Part shown: piece by piece, positions 1 through 12,019 of the stretch | Layout of the letters: every line of letters starts with the position of its first letter | Numbering within the stretch: the stretch's first letter is position 1 | Source: Dictyostelium discoideum | Taxonomy: Eukaryota | DNA length: 64,000 nt | Direction of reading: 5' to 3' | NCBI GenBank assembly: GCA_000004695.1 | Contig: CM000154.2 | Location: forward strand, 1,728,001-1,792,000 | Notes under the pieces: generated by a model | The model's input: the letters and a program-made list of their open reading frames with translations, nothing else | Databases searched by the model: none | What the model was told of the DNA's origin: nothing | Translations under genes and position numbers: made by a program

Positions 1-285
1 AAATTCAAATATTTTAATTGAAAAATAAACTATTATTATTATCCATTATAAACTTTTTTTTTTTTTATTTTTATTTTTTTATATTCGGAATTTGATTAAT
101 TAATTAAATGGTTGGAAATTATTATTGTAATATTAAGAAGAGATTTTAAAAAATATTAAAAATAAAAAATAATATATATTTTTTTTAAAAAAGGTTTTTA
201 TTTATTTATTTATATAAAAATAGTTTTTTTTTTTTTTGTTATTTTTTTTTTTATTTTTTTTTTTGTTGTTTTTTTTTTTTTTTGT

Positions 286-2370
286 TTAGATAATATATTT
301 TGATAAATCAGTTTTGAATAATAATTCACTTAAATGTTTTCTAATGTCGGGAGTATCTAAAACAACTGTTTTACCTTTATGAATATCACAATTAAAACTT
401 ATATCCTCTACGATACGTTCAATGATACCATGTAATCTTCTAGCGCCAAGATTTTGAACTTGAGCATTTGCTTCAAAAGCGATTTTTGCAACTTCTAACA
501 ATGCATCATCAGTGAATTCCAATTGAATATCTTCAGTTTTAAGTAATGCTTTTTGTTGTTGAATTTGATTATTCTTTGGTTCAGTTAAGATCTTATAGAA
601 ATCCTTTTGTTCCAATGGTTTAAGTTCAACACGAATTGGTAAACGACCTTGTAATTCACTAATGAGATCTGATGGTTTAGTATTATGGAAAGCACCTGAA
701 GCAATGAATAAGATTCTACTGGTATCTATTTGACCATACTTTGTGCTAACCATACAACCTTCAACGATTGGAAGAAGATCTCTTTGAACGCCATCGGTTG
801 AAGCGTCACCACCATTCTTTATACTTTCACGAGATGTACAAATCTTATCGATTTCATCCAAAAATACAATACCATTTTGTTCGGCCGATTGAATTGCCAA
901 TTTGGTTACATCTTGAGAGACAGTGTAGAGGTCTCTATATTGTTTTTCAAAGATTTCTTTTGCCTCTGCAATGGTTACTTTTTTAATTTTTGATGGTTGT
1001 TTATCGATAGCAGAGAGTAGTTTAGCGATATTTTCATCATAAGCTTGACCCAAGGATCCCTTTGAATCGGATGATACTTCAATTTCAATCTCTACGGAAT
1101 CCAATTGACCTTCTCTATATTTCTTTAATAATTCTTCGATTGTGATTGCACTTAGATCATTTTGTAAACCAATTAAAGAGGAGATAACATTCTTTTCAAC
1201 ATCGGCTTCAATCGATGCTTTATGTGAGTTTGCAATCTTGGTTTTAATATTACTAATACTTGCTTCGATGAGATCACGAATGATTGTATCAACGTCTGGA
1301 CCATGAAAACCAACCTCTGTATATTTGGTTGCTTCAACCTTTACAAAGGGCGCATTGATAATCTTTGCTAAACGACGTGCCAACTCTGTCTTACCAACAC
1401 CAGTTGGACCAATCATTAAGATATTCTTTGGATAAACATCTGGTTTCATTGATGCATCTAAACGCTTTCTTCTCCAACGATTACGTAACGCAATTGAAAT
1501 GGCTCTCTTTGCATCGGATTGACCAATTACATATTCATCCAAACCACTAACTATATCTCTTGGTAATAAATTATCTTCTCCAATCATATCCTCTGTGAAA
1601 TTATACTTTGGTGCTACATGTTGTTGATGCTGCTGTTGTTGTTTGGCGTGATCTTTATTAAGTTTATTAAAATGTGATACCAAATGATTAATCGCTTTAT
1701 CCATGCTACCTCCGTTTTTTGTATCTGATAATTTCAAAAGTTTGTTAAATAAAATTGGATCCTCTTTAAAAATCTTTTCTAAATTTTCTTCAAGAATAGA
1801 GAGATTATATTTACCTTTACTTTGCATTGGTATTATAACCAAACCATTTTTAATATCACTTAAATCTGAAAAATCAAATTTATTTGTAACTTTTGATAAT
1901 AATGGTGATGTTGTTGTTGTTTTAGTTGTCGCTGTTTCAGTTTCAATTGGTTTTGATTCGAGTGGTGGTGTTGTTGTTGTTTTAGTTGTTGCTGTTTCTG
2001 TTTCAATTGGTTTTGATTCGAGTGGTGATGTTGTTTCTTTTGATTGCGATGGTTTTTGTTTATTTTTTGAACCCTTTGGTCTACCTCTTTTAGGTTTTTC
2101 TGTTGTTATATCTATTTCATTTGTACCTTCTGAAGCCTTTGTTGCTACAGTTTCTTTTTCTAAATCTTTTTCAATTTTCTTATAAATATGATCTAATTTT
2201 AAAGGATTTGAATCATCATTTTCAATATCATCTTTATCTTTACCATTTGTAATTGAACAATATCCTCTATTAAATTTTAAAATTGATAATTGTGGTTGTT
2301 GTGTTTGTTGGGATAATCTAAAAGTTAAAGATGATTTTGCTAATTTAAATAGATTTTTTGAATGAATCAT
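286..2370 (-). CDS. hslU: ATP-dependent protease ATPase subunit HslU (ClpY-like AAA+), probably mitochondrial; the N-terminal extension carries a tandem Thr-rich repeat
   Basis: One 694-aa ORF with a real ATG at 2370-2368. Walker A 'GPTGVGKTELARRLAKIINAPFVKVEATKYTEVGFHGPDVDTIIRDL' is almost identical to the bacterial HslU consensus, and the C-terminal 'FLDEIDKI...DGVQRDLLPIVEG' sensor region is present. No intron is needed. The N-terminal roughly 200 aa is low-complexity and contains 2.3 copies of a 22-aa unit 'TTTPPLESKPIETETATTKTTT' (about 66-nt tandem repeat near 1890-2040). Confidence 0.85.
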   Translation of the reverse strand: MIHSKNLFKLAKSSLTFRLSQQTQQPQLSILKFNRGYCSITNGKDKDDIENDDSNPLKLDHIYKKIEKDLEKETVATKASEGTNEIDITTEKPKRGRPKGSKNKQKPSQSKETTSPLESKPIETETATTKTTTTPPLESKPIETETATTKTTTTSPLLSKVTNKFDFSDLSDIKNGLVIIPMQSKGKYNLSILEENLEKIFKEDPILFNKLLKLSDTKNGGSMDKAINHLVSHFNKLNKDHAKQQQQHQQHVAPKYNFTEDMIGEDNLLPRDIVSGLDEYVIGQSDAKRAISIALRNRWRRKRLDASMKPDVYPKNILMIGPTGVGKTELARRLAKIINAPFVKVEATKYTEVGFHGPDVDTIIRDLIEASISNIKTKIANSHKASIEADVEKNVISSLIGLQNDLSAITIEELLKKYREGQLDSVEIEIEVSSDSKGSLGQAYDENIAKLLSAIDKQPSKIKKVTIAEAKEIFEKQYRDLYTVSQDVTKLAIQSAEQNGIVFLDEIDKICTSRESIKNGGDASTDGVQRDLLPIVEGCMVSTKYGQIDTSRILFIASGAFHNTKPSDLISELQGRLPIRVELKPLEQKDFYKILTEPKNNQIQQQKALLKTEDIQLEFTDDALLEVAKIAFEANAQVQNLGARRLHGIIERIVEDISFNCDIHKGKTVVLDTPDIRKHLSELLFKTDLSKYII

Positions 2371-2560
2371 TTTTATCTATCTATATATATCCTCCCTTTA
2401 CCCAATAATAATATATATAAATATTTATATGAATAATTAAAAGTTTTTTTTTTAAAAAAAAAAAAAATAAAATAAAATAAAATAAAAAAAAAAAAATAAA
2501 AAAAAATAAAATATATTATTGAAAAAAAAAAAAAAAAAAAAAAAAAATTAAAAAAAAAAT

Positions 2561-2591
<31 letters not shown>

Positions 2592-2910
2592 AAAAAAAAT
2601 TAATTAAAATTAAATAAAATGGAAAAAAATCGTTTTTTATTTTATTCTTTTTCCCTTTATTATGCATTTTGGAACAACTTAAATTTATTTTTTTAAAAAA
2701 AAAAAAATAATAAAAATAAAAATGAATTTCGGTTAAATTTTAGTAAACACGTTTCGTTTAAAATATTAATTGTGAATATCGATTTATGTGGGCCATTCTT
2801 TTTTTTTTTTTAATTTTCATTTTCATTTTCATTTTTTTCATTTTTTTTTTTTTTTATTTTTTTTATTTTTTTTTATTTTTTTTTTAATCTAAACAAAATA
2901 AATAATAAAA

Positions 2911-3374
2911 ATGAATTTTTATAAATTATTATCAAACAATTGTGTTAGATCATTAACGAAATCAATTAATAATAAACCAATAATAAATCCAAAATTTATT
3001 ACAAGCAATACTTTTATTAAAAGATCATATTTTACAAAATCACCAAATAATTTATATTCAAATAACTATGATAATTATGAAACTATAAATAAACAACAAC
3101 AACATCAACATCAACATCAACAACTTGAATTTCCAGAACAAAGAAATAATAATAGTAATAATAAAAAAGAAGAAATTACAGCAGAATCATTTGAATCAAA
3201 ACCATTAATTGTTGAATTAGATAGTAAAAACTTTAGTGAAGTTATAAAATCAAAAGTACCAATAATTTTAAATGTATATGTTAATCATGGTACAGTGTCA
3301 CCTGCATTAACTGAAGCATTAAAAGCATATGCTCAAGAATATCCTGGTTGTTTTTTATTAGCAAATGTAAGTGT

Positions 3375-3406
<32 letters not shown>

Positions 3407-4232
3407 TATATAATATATATGTATTATATAAAATAATTTCTAATTTCTTTTTATAATATGATAGTTAGATGTTGATAAGAATTTAGAAATAGCAAACGCA
3501 TTGAAAGTTGAACAATTACCAACTTTATTTACATTAAATAAAGGTCAAGTGCTTCAACAATTTGTTGGATTGCCAGATCATGAAACATTGGATAAATTGG
3601 TTAATGGATTATTGAAATTATCAGGTGGATTAATTGGTAATAAATCAATTGAACAATTACAAACCATTGCTGAATTATTCATAAAATCAAATGAAATCGA
3701 AAAGGCTATTGAAATCTATGAGAATCTATTATCAAATGATACAACTCAATTACTTAGAACTCTACTAGGCTTCATTCAATGTTACACAAATTTGAATGAA
3801 CCTGATCAAGTTGAAAAATATTTATCAATTATTAAAGAGAAATTCCCAAATGAATTAGATCATAAAATTATTCAATCATCTAAAAGAATTTTACAATTAA
3901 AGAAACAAGTCTCTCAAACTGTTGATAGTCTATATAAAACTCATAATCTTACTTTAGAACAAATCGAAGATAAATTAAATAATGATCCAACAAATTTAGA
4001 TTTAAAATATGATTTATCCTTATTATATTATCAAATTGGTGAATATGAAAAATCAATTAATCAATTATTAGAGATTTTAAAAATTAATAAAAAATTTACA
4101 CCAAAAAATGATGATCAATCAAATACAGATTCTGCTAAAAATTTAATTGTTAAAATATTTGAATCTTTAGATTCACAAGATCCATTAGTTATAAAATCAA
4201 GAAAACAATTAAATAATATTTGGTTCTCTTAA
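2911..4232 (+). CDS. Thioredoxin-fold protein with a C-terminal TPR-like helical region (YbbN/CnoX-like architecture, no obvious CxxC), probably organellar; 2 exons join(2911..3366,3465..4232)
   Basis: ATG at 2911. Exon 1 ends '...CFLLAN' at a GTAAGT donor (3367); the intron is 3367-3464 and carries a (TA)n/(ATATAT) tract. A TAG acceptor sits at 3462-3464, and exon 2 continues in frame as 'LDVDKNLEIANALKVEQLPTLFTLNKGQVLQQFVGLPDHETL' (a thioredoxin beta-alpha-beta signature) into ORF 3501..4232. The downstream helical region with paired 'YxxLG/Y..IGEYEKS' motifs resembles TPR. Confidence 0.6.
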
Positions 4233-4417
4233 TTCGAAAAAATAATAATAAAAAAAAAAAAACAAAAAAAAAATAGAATTTGAAATTAAATTTTCAAAAA
4301 TTTAATTTATATAAAATTAATTTGGTTAAATTATTATTTTTTATTTTAAATTTATGTTTGAAAAAAAAAAAAAAAAAAAAATAATAAAAAAAAAAAAAAA
4401 GATTATAACTTTTAAAT

Positions 4418-5901
4418 TTAGGAATAAGTATAAAATGAAAAGGAATTTCCATTACTAATACATAATGATGGAAAGAATGTATTATTATTAATATTGTTAG
4501 TATTACTTGTTTCACTTTGTTGATTTGAAAAATAATCAATAAATTGTAAAGTTGATAAAGATGAGAAATGACCAATTGTTTTAATTAAACTAGCAGTTGT
4601 TGTATTCCAAATTCTTATGAAACCATCATCACCACAGGCTGATAGATATTGTTGATCAGGTGATATTGAAATACCCATTCTTTTTGAAGTACCACTATTT
4701 TTATTATGTAAATATTGAGTTACAATTTTATTTACTCTTCTATCCAATTTACTAATTTCACCATTTATTGAACCAATAATTAAATAATTATCATCAACCA
4801 ATGATTTAATGAATGATATTGAATTATTATGTGGATTTAATTTTTTATTAATAATATTAATTCCAATATTATTATTATTATTATTATTATTATTAGTATT
4901 TGAATTTGAGATTGAATTGTTTTTAAATCTAATATCTAAAGTTCTAACAATACCATCTCTTGAACCGTTAAATAATAAATTACCGTTACTGTTAAAATCT
5001 TGAATGAATATATCACTTTTTGAGAGGAATTTATTTAGTAATTTTTGATTATTTAAATCATAGAGATAACAAATTCCATTACCACCAATTGAAATTAAAT
5101 GTTCATTTTGTGGATTCCATTCTGAACACCAAACACTTGTTTCATTTAACATTAAATTTCTTAAACATTGTGCATTGGCAGGTTGAGAATTAATTGAGTA
5201 AATCCAAACTGATCCATCTTTATTACCATCACCTAATGTACAAATTGATACGATTGATGGGTACTTTAAATTAGTACGAATTGAACTAACTTCACTATCC
5301 ATTGAAAATGAACTTGAAATTCCATTTTCAATCTTTATTTCAAAATTATAATTTAAATCTTGATTTCTATTAAATAAATTATCATTATTATCATTTTTAT
5401 TGTTTTTATTATTATAACAATTAATCCAATCTATTGTTATAAATGATCTACTTGATGATATTATACCTTTAGTTATAATTTCATTATTATTGTTACTAAT
5501 ACTACTACTACTACTACTATCACCAAATATTGATAAACATGTTGATGATGTTGGTTTTGAAATTGTTTTAAATTCTGAAAAATAATTACCAATCATAATA
5601 TCCTTTATATGATAATCCAATCCAATCCTTTTTATATTTTGTGTTAATTCACGTTCTATTAAAAGGTTTGAAAGATTTTTAAATTTAATAGTTGAATTAT
5701 TTGTAGTTTGTTTAATTTTAATTGGTAATTCTTCTTCTTCTTTTTCTTTTTTCTTTTTCTCTAATAACATTTGTTGTAATTCTTTAGTTAATTTAAAGTA
5801 TCTATTCTTATCAACATCAAAATAATATCCTGGAATTTCTTTATTTACATTTTGTGTTGTATTATTATTATTATTATTTGTTGTTGTAGATGTAGTGGTG
5901 G

Positions 5902-5932
<31 letters not shown>

Positions 5933-6376
5933 AGATGAATTATTATTATTTGAAGGGGGTGAATTTGCATTACTAAGGGGTTGTGGAGGACTTAGCATTA
6001 ATAATGGTGGTGTTTTCCTTCCATTATTATTATTATTATTGTTATTATTATTGTCTATATTTAATTTATTTGAAGATATTAAAGGTGGGGTTTCAATAAA
6101 TCTATTTAATTTTGGTTTTTTATCTTTACTTTTTTTGGTTATATTGTTATTATTATTATTATTAGAATGAGATTGTGGAGGTGAAGTGGCAGTTTTATTT
6201 ATTTTTTTGCTTGTTATTTTGGTTAATTTTTCATTATTTCCATCTTGTTGTTGCCCTTCTTCTTTTTCTTCTTTTGTGAATTTATTGGATTTATTGTTTC
6301 TACTATTTTGGTTATTATTATTTATTTTATTACTTTTTTTCATTTGCTTTTGTTTTGAATTATGACGACATGCCAA
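4418..6376 (-). CDS. DCAF4/WDR21-like WD40 repeat protein (DDB1-CUL4 associated factor family) with long poly-N/poly-T low-complexity inserts; true start codon uncertain
   Basis: The 652-aa ORF has an N-terminal motif 'IPGYYFDVDKNRYFKLTKELQ' matching the conserved 'LPGFYFDPEKKRYFRL' motif of DCAF4/WDR21. The C-terminal WD40 blades ('LISIGGNGICYLYDLNN', 'LSACGDDGFIRIWN') and the terminal '...SFSFYTYS' resemble the DCAF4 C-terminus '...YCYSYS'. The ORF-track start at 6376 is a TTG codon; the first in-frame ATG is 11 codons downstream (about 6343). Confidence 0.6.
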
Positions 6377-6473
6377 AATAAAATTTCATAAAATCCCCCC
6401 CTGATTTTTTGAAAATTTTTTCATTTTTTTTATTATTTTTAATTTTTTATAAATAAAAAAAAAAAATGAAGTT

Positions 6474-6523
<50 letters not shown>

Positions 6524-6623
6524 CAATTGTTGATTAATCAAGAAACTGTATCACTTAAATAAATATTTATATATATATATATAATATATATATATTATTT
6601 ATTTATTTAATTGGTGTGTAAAT

Positions 6624-8547
6624 ATGACAAATAATAGTGGTAATTCCATTAAAACAAGACCTAAAAATATAGATGGTGATGCAGAAGATTCAACACGTTC
6701 AGAAAAGAAACCAGTTGTTTATGTTGAAGATCCACCAACCCCACCAAGATGGCTTTCTTATGAATTCATATTTTATTATATAATAATTGTTATTGGTTAT
6801 ATTGTTGTACTTAAAATGTTATTAACAAGATCAAATGGTAATTATAATAATAAATACTATTTCTTTAATTTTATTTTTATGGTACTAATCAAATTAATTT
6901 CAATAAAATAATAATAATATACATACATATAAATATATATAGAATATAATGATGGATTAAAAGAAAATAAAGGTATTGTTGAAGGTTGGTTTTTAGGTAG
7001 AAAACAAGATTTATCAGATACACAATATAAGATATATAGACAAAATTTCCCATTACTTTCAATTGGTTTATCAATTTTCTTATTCGTTAGTGCTTCTATT
7101 CGTAAAAACTTTCCAGTTTGTATCTTTATATAATAATAATAATTATAATTATAATAATTATAATTATAATAATTATAATAAATATAGATTATTAATTTTT
7201 AAATTTTTAAATTTTTTTTTTTAATTAAAAAAAAAATAGGATAAACCATTTGTTAGAATTTTATTTTATAATATTATATCATTAGGATTTTTAATATTTG
7301 TACATGGATCATCAACAATTATTGTATTAGGTATTGCAATTATTAATTTTAGTATTAGTAGAATTTTTGAAAGATCAAAGATGTTACCAGCAGTTACATG
7401 GATTTTCAATTTAATTATATTATGGACATGTTACATTTATGAAGGATATTCATTCAAAAGTTTATCAGGATTATTGGGTGATGAAACTTGTGTTTGGTTA
7501 GATAGTCATAAAGGATTCCTAAGTTGGGAGACATATTTCAAAGTTAGTATGTTAAGATTCATTAGTTATAACAATGATTATTATTGGGCAAAATCAAAGA
7601 GACCAGTGGTCGACCTTAAGGGAAAGAGCGCCTATTTCATAGCACAAGAACGTCATCAACCAATGGAACATTACTCATTCTCACATTTCCTTGCATACAT
7701 TTTCTATATACCATTGTATATTGCAGGACCAATCACAACATTCAATGCATTCACAGCACAAGTTTATAACCCACAAAAGACCTACTCTTTCGGTGATTTG
7801 GTTAAAGCAAGTATAAAGATACTTTTGGTGTTTTTGGGACTTGAGATCTGCCTACACTATTGTTATTATCATTCATTCGATAAGAGTGATGTATGGATGA
7901 CATTCACCGGTGCAGAGGTTGCATTGACCGGTTACTTGGTATTGAATTTCATGTATGTAAAATTCTTAATCATTTGGAGAACCTTTAGATTGTTTGCCTT
8001 GTTTGATGGTATCGATACACCAGAGAATATGAACCGTTGTGTCAATAATAACTATACATTCACTGGCTTTTGGAGATCTTGGCATGGCGCTTTCAACAAA
8101 TGGACCATTCGTTATCTTTACATTCCATTGGGTGGAAAGAAAACTCAATTCGTCTCAATTTGGATCATCTTTTTCTTCATTGGATTATGGCATGACCTTT
8201 GGTTAAGTTGGATTGCTTGGGCCCTCTTAAATTGTGTTTTCTTCTCAATTGAAATTGGTATCATGTTTTATTTCTATCATCCAAAACGTTTACCACTCCG
8301 TCGTAAATGGTATTGGAGATTCATGGTTGCCATTGCTGGTACTTTCAATATCTTTTTATTAATGGTTGCAAATTTGGCTATCCTCCATGGTTTCGAAAAT
8401 TCAATTATCTTTATTCACAATGCTTTCTTTGTACCTGGTGGTCCAACCGCTTTCATTTTAGCTTATTCTTGGTTATTCTGTGGTATTATGGTAATGATTG
8501 AACTACGTGAATCTGAAAAACGTTCAAAAGAAATTAAACCATTTTAA
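6624..8547 (+). CDS. Membrane-bound O-acyltransferase (MBOAT), Gup1/HHAT-like; 3 exons join(6624..6837,6943..7115,7240..8547)
   Basis: ATG at 6624. Exon 1 ends in phase 1 at a GTAATT donor; exon 2 reads '(E)YNDGLKENKGIVEGWFLGRKQDLSDTQYKIYRQNFPLLSIGLSIFLFVSASIRKNFP' and ends at a GTTTGT donor (7116). The TAG acceptor at 7237-7239 leads into exon 3 'DKPFVRILFYNIISLGF...', in frame with ORF 7381..8547. The MBOAT signature 'FISYNNDYYWA...SFSHFLAYIFYIPLYIAGPI' and the invariant-His region 'WRSWHGAFNKWTIRYLYIPLGG' are present, with multiple TM helices. Confidence 0.65.
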
Positions 8548-8665
8548 TTAATAAATAAATAAATAAATAAATAAAATAAATAAAAAAAATAAAAAAATTA
8601 AAAAAATTAAAAATTTAGATTTAAGGTTTTTGATTTTTGATTTTAGATTTTATATTTTATTTATT

Positions 8666-11403
8666 TTAATATTTTTTTTTTAATTGGGTAATCATAACTT
8701 TCCTTTTCTTATTTAAATTATTATTTCCCCAAAATGTTTCTTCTTCTGTTGTTGTTGTTGTTGGTGTTGATGATGTTGATGTTGTATTTGTTGGTTTGGT
8801 TTTTAAAAAGTCATTGCTATTATTCTTCTTTTCATTTACACTTGTACTACCAAAATTAAAACTAAATTTAGTTGGTTGAGATGATTTTGCCATTGTTGTT
8901 GATGATTTATTTAATTTTGAATTCTTTTCTTCTTTTTCTTTTTTATCATTTTCTTTTACAATTGAAAATATATTAAAACTACTTTCTTCTTTTTCATCAT
9001 TATTATTATTATTATTACTATTATTATTACTATTACTATTATTAATATTAGGTTTATTTTCATTTGTTGGTTTTATAAATAATGATCTCCATGATTGGGC
9101 AACTTTAATATCATTCTTTAAAACTTTTTTAACATTTGGATTTTGAATTTGTTTTTTTTTATTTGATTTTGATTTTGATTTTGATTTTTCTGATTCTGAC
9201 TCTTTCTCTGATTCTGATTCTGATTCTGACTCTGATTCTGATTCTGACTCTGACTCTTTCTCTGATTCTGATTCTGATTCTTTCTCTGATTGAGATTCTG
9301 ATTCTGATTCTGACTCTGATGAATTAGTAACATCTTTATTTGATTCCTTTTCACTTTCATCTTTACTTTCACTTTCACTTTCACTTTGGTTTGATTTTCC
9401 TTCAATATCCATTGAATCTTCTTTATCGTTTTCACTTGATTTATCTTCCTCGTCTTCTTTTTCACTTTGGCTGCTGCTTTGATTGTCATCACCATTTTTG
9501 GTATCTGGTGTGTCTTCATTTTCAATCTCACTTTGACTTTCACTTTCGCTATCACTTTCACTTTCACTTTCACTTTCATTTGATTTGTTATCAATAACCA
9601 TTGAATCATCTTTTTCATTCTCATTTTCACTTTCACTNNNNNNNNNNNNNNNNNNNNNNNNNNNNNNNNNNNNNNNNNNNNNNNNNNNNNNNNNNNNNNN
9701 NNNNNNNNNNNNNNNNNNNNNNNNNNNNNNNNNNNNNATAATTATTTGATGATTTATTTTCACCATCACTATCACTTTCGAATAAAACCATATCCTCACC
9801 TGAATGTGATGTGGCAGTGAATGAAGCTGCAACTTTTGATTGTTCCATTCTTCTCTTTCTAAAGGCCTCTTGTCTCTTTCTTTCACCATCTAGAGCAGAT
9901 TGTTTTTTAATATCATAATCAATAACTTTTTCTTCATATTGACCACTTTCATTTTCTGAATAACTTTTTTTATTATTTTTTAATTCATTTTTATAATAAT
10001 TTTCATCATATTCTTCTTCTCCTTCACCATAACCATATCCATCTTCACCATAATAATTTTCATCATATCCCTCTTCACCATAACCACCATTATTATTATT
10101 ATTATTATTATTATTATAATTATTATTATTATTATTTTCACTATTGTAACTATTTTTATGTTTATTATATTCATTATTATAATCATTATTAATATTTCTA
10201 TTGTTATTGTTATTATTAAATTGAGAACCATCATAATAATCACTCTCATAAAATGCACCATAACCTTTATTAAAATCATTTGATTTATTTTCATTATTTG
10301 GTACAATACTATTTTCTTCATTATTATTTTCATCATTAAATGATACAGCACCTCTATAACTATCATCATTATTATTATTATTATTATTATTATAATTATT
10401 ATAATTATTATTATAATTATTATTATAATTATCCCTACTACTATTATTATAATTATCTCTATTATTTCTATTATTTCTATTATCATTTTCAATTAAACCA
10501 TCTAAAAATTGATACTCTTTTGAAAATTGTGAATGTTTTGGTTTATTATTTTCAAAACTATTTTCTCTAGCCCATTCTGGATGTTGTTTTCTATATTCTA
10601 AATATCTTTCATACATAGCATGCATTGATTTCTTTTCTAATCTTAATCTCTTTCTAAATTTTACATTTTCTTCATCTCTTCTCTTTTCAATTTCTTTTTC
10701 TTCTTGTAATCTTTCTTCTTCTTTTTTCTTTAAAATTTCTTCTTCTTCTTCTTTTTCTTTTTTTTTAATATCATTTAATTTCTCTAAATAATTTGGTTTT
10801 GCTTTTTGAATTTTTAATACTGATCCTTTCCATTTAGTTTTATTTAAAACACTTAATGCTAAAAAAAAAATAATAAAAAAATAAAAAAATAAAAAATATT
10901 AATATATATATATATATATATTTTAATAATTTACAATATTATTATTATTTACCTTTATTTAAAGAATCAATGGTTGGGAAATAAACATTTAAATAAGCGA
11001 AACCTTTATATTGATTTGAAGATATATCATTAATAAATTCTAATTTTTCTAATTTTGTATCTTTAATCATTGAAGAGAATAAATTATCAATTTCAGAGAA
11101 TTGAATAGTTGGGTTTAAACCACCAACATATAATCTAATGGTNTTTGGATATTTATCAGCTTCAATTTGTCTTAATCTTTCTCTTTCTTCTTGTTTCTCT
11201 TTTTCAATTCTTTGTTTCTCTAATTCTGCATCTTTAACTGCTTGTTCTGCTTTATCATGTTCTTCCATTAACAGTTTCAATTCCTCTTGCTTCTTTCTTT
11301 CCTCCTCTTCAAGTTTACGTTTATCTTCTTCTTCTCTTTCTTTTTGTAAACCTTCATAATAGAAGTTCATCATACCACCAAACCTAAAATCAAAATCTCC
11401 CAT
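8666..11403 (-). CDS. NOL8/Nop8-like nucleolar RRM protein with huge acidic Ser/Glu (SESE) and Asn/Tyr-rich low-complexity tail; exons complement(join(8666..10858,10953..11403)); interrupted by a 100-N assembly gap (9638-9737) and one internal n (11143)
   Basis: Exon 1 runs from ATG 11403 as 'MGDFDFRFGG...' and ends at 10953 in phase 1. It carries the RRM RNP2 'IRLYVGGL' and RNP1 'KGFAYLNV', and ends '...DSLNK' at a GTAAAT donor. The 94-nt intron (10859-10952) is AT-rich, with a TTTTAG acceptor. Exon 2 continues 'ALSVLNKTKWKGSVLKIQKAKPNYLEKL', which matches the NOL8 RRM C-terminal motif 'SVLNKTKWKGGTLQIQLAK'. The reading frame is open through 10625 into the ORFs 9633..10625 and 8666..9889. 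Frame continuity across the N-gap cannot be determined. Confidence 0.6.
9638..9737. other. Assembly gap (100 N) inside the NOL8-like coding region
   Basis: A run of n characters; both flanks are open SESE-repeat coding sequence on the minus strand. Confidence 0.95.
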
Positions 11404-11512
11404 TTTTTTCCCTTTCTTTAAAATAATTACTATTTAAAAATAATAATTATAAATATTAAAAAAAATTATTTAAAAAATAAAAAATAATATAATGATTATT
11501 AAATAAGGACAA

Positions 11513-11549
<37 letters not shown>

Positions 11550-11558
11550 GAACGAAGC

Positions 11559-11589
<31 letters not shown>

Positions 11590-12019
11590 AAAAAAAAAAA
11601 AAAATAAAAAATTTGAAAAAAAAAAAGAATGATTACATTTATATTTTATATTTTTTAAATCATTTTGTGTATTTTTGAGTTCTATTTATCTTTAAAATAA
11701 ATAAAATCGTTGCTATAAAAAATAAAATTTAAATTAAAAATAAAATGAAAAAAAGGAAAAAAAAAATGGAAAAAAAAAAAAAAAGGGAAAAAAAAAGGGA
11801 AAAAAAAAAAAAAGTCAACTTTTTACCTTTTTTTTTTATAAGGACCAAGAATTAATTTTATAAATAAAAAAATAAATAAAAATTTTAAAATGGTTATTTT
11901 ATTAATAAATATTTTTTTGATAATGTTCAGTACTTTTCTTTTGTTTAACAGAAAGGAATAAATGAACTCTTCTATTGAAAATTTTTTCCAAATCTTTTTT
12001 TGATTCCAAATAGATTGAT

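Noticed and set aside
5895-6170. ORFs made of poly-Val/poly-Leu/poly-Phe (for example 5895-6170, 4809-5003, 9136-9327, 19481-19714, 25111-25299 and 30282-30680, and also 59916-60176)
   Set aside because: They are antisense or off-frame translations of AAT/ATT/GTT microsatellites and of the low-complexity coding repeats of real genes on the opposite strand; they have homopolymeric amino-acid composition and no start context.
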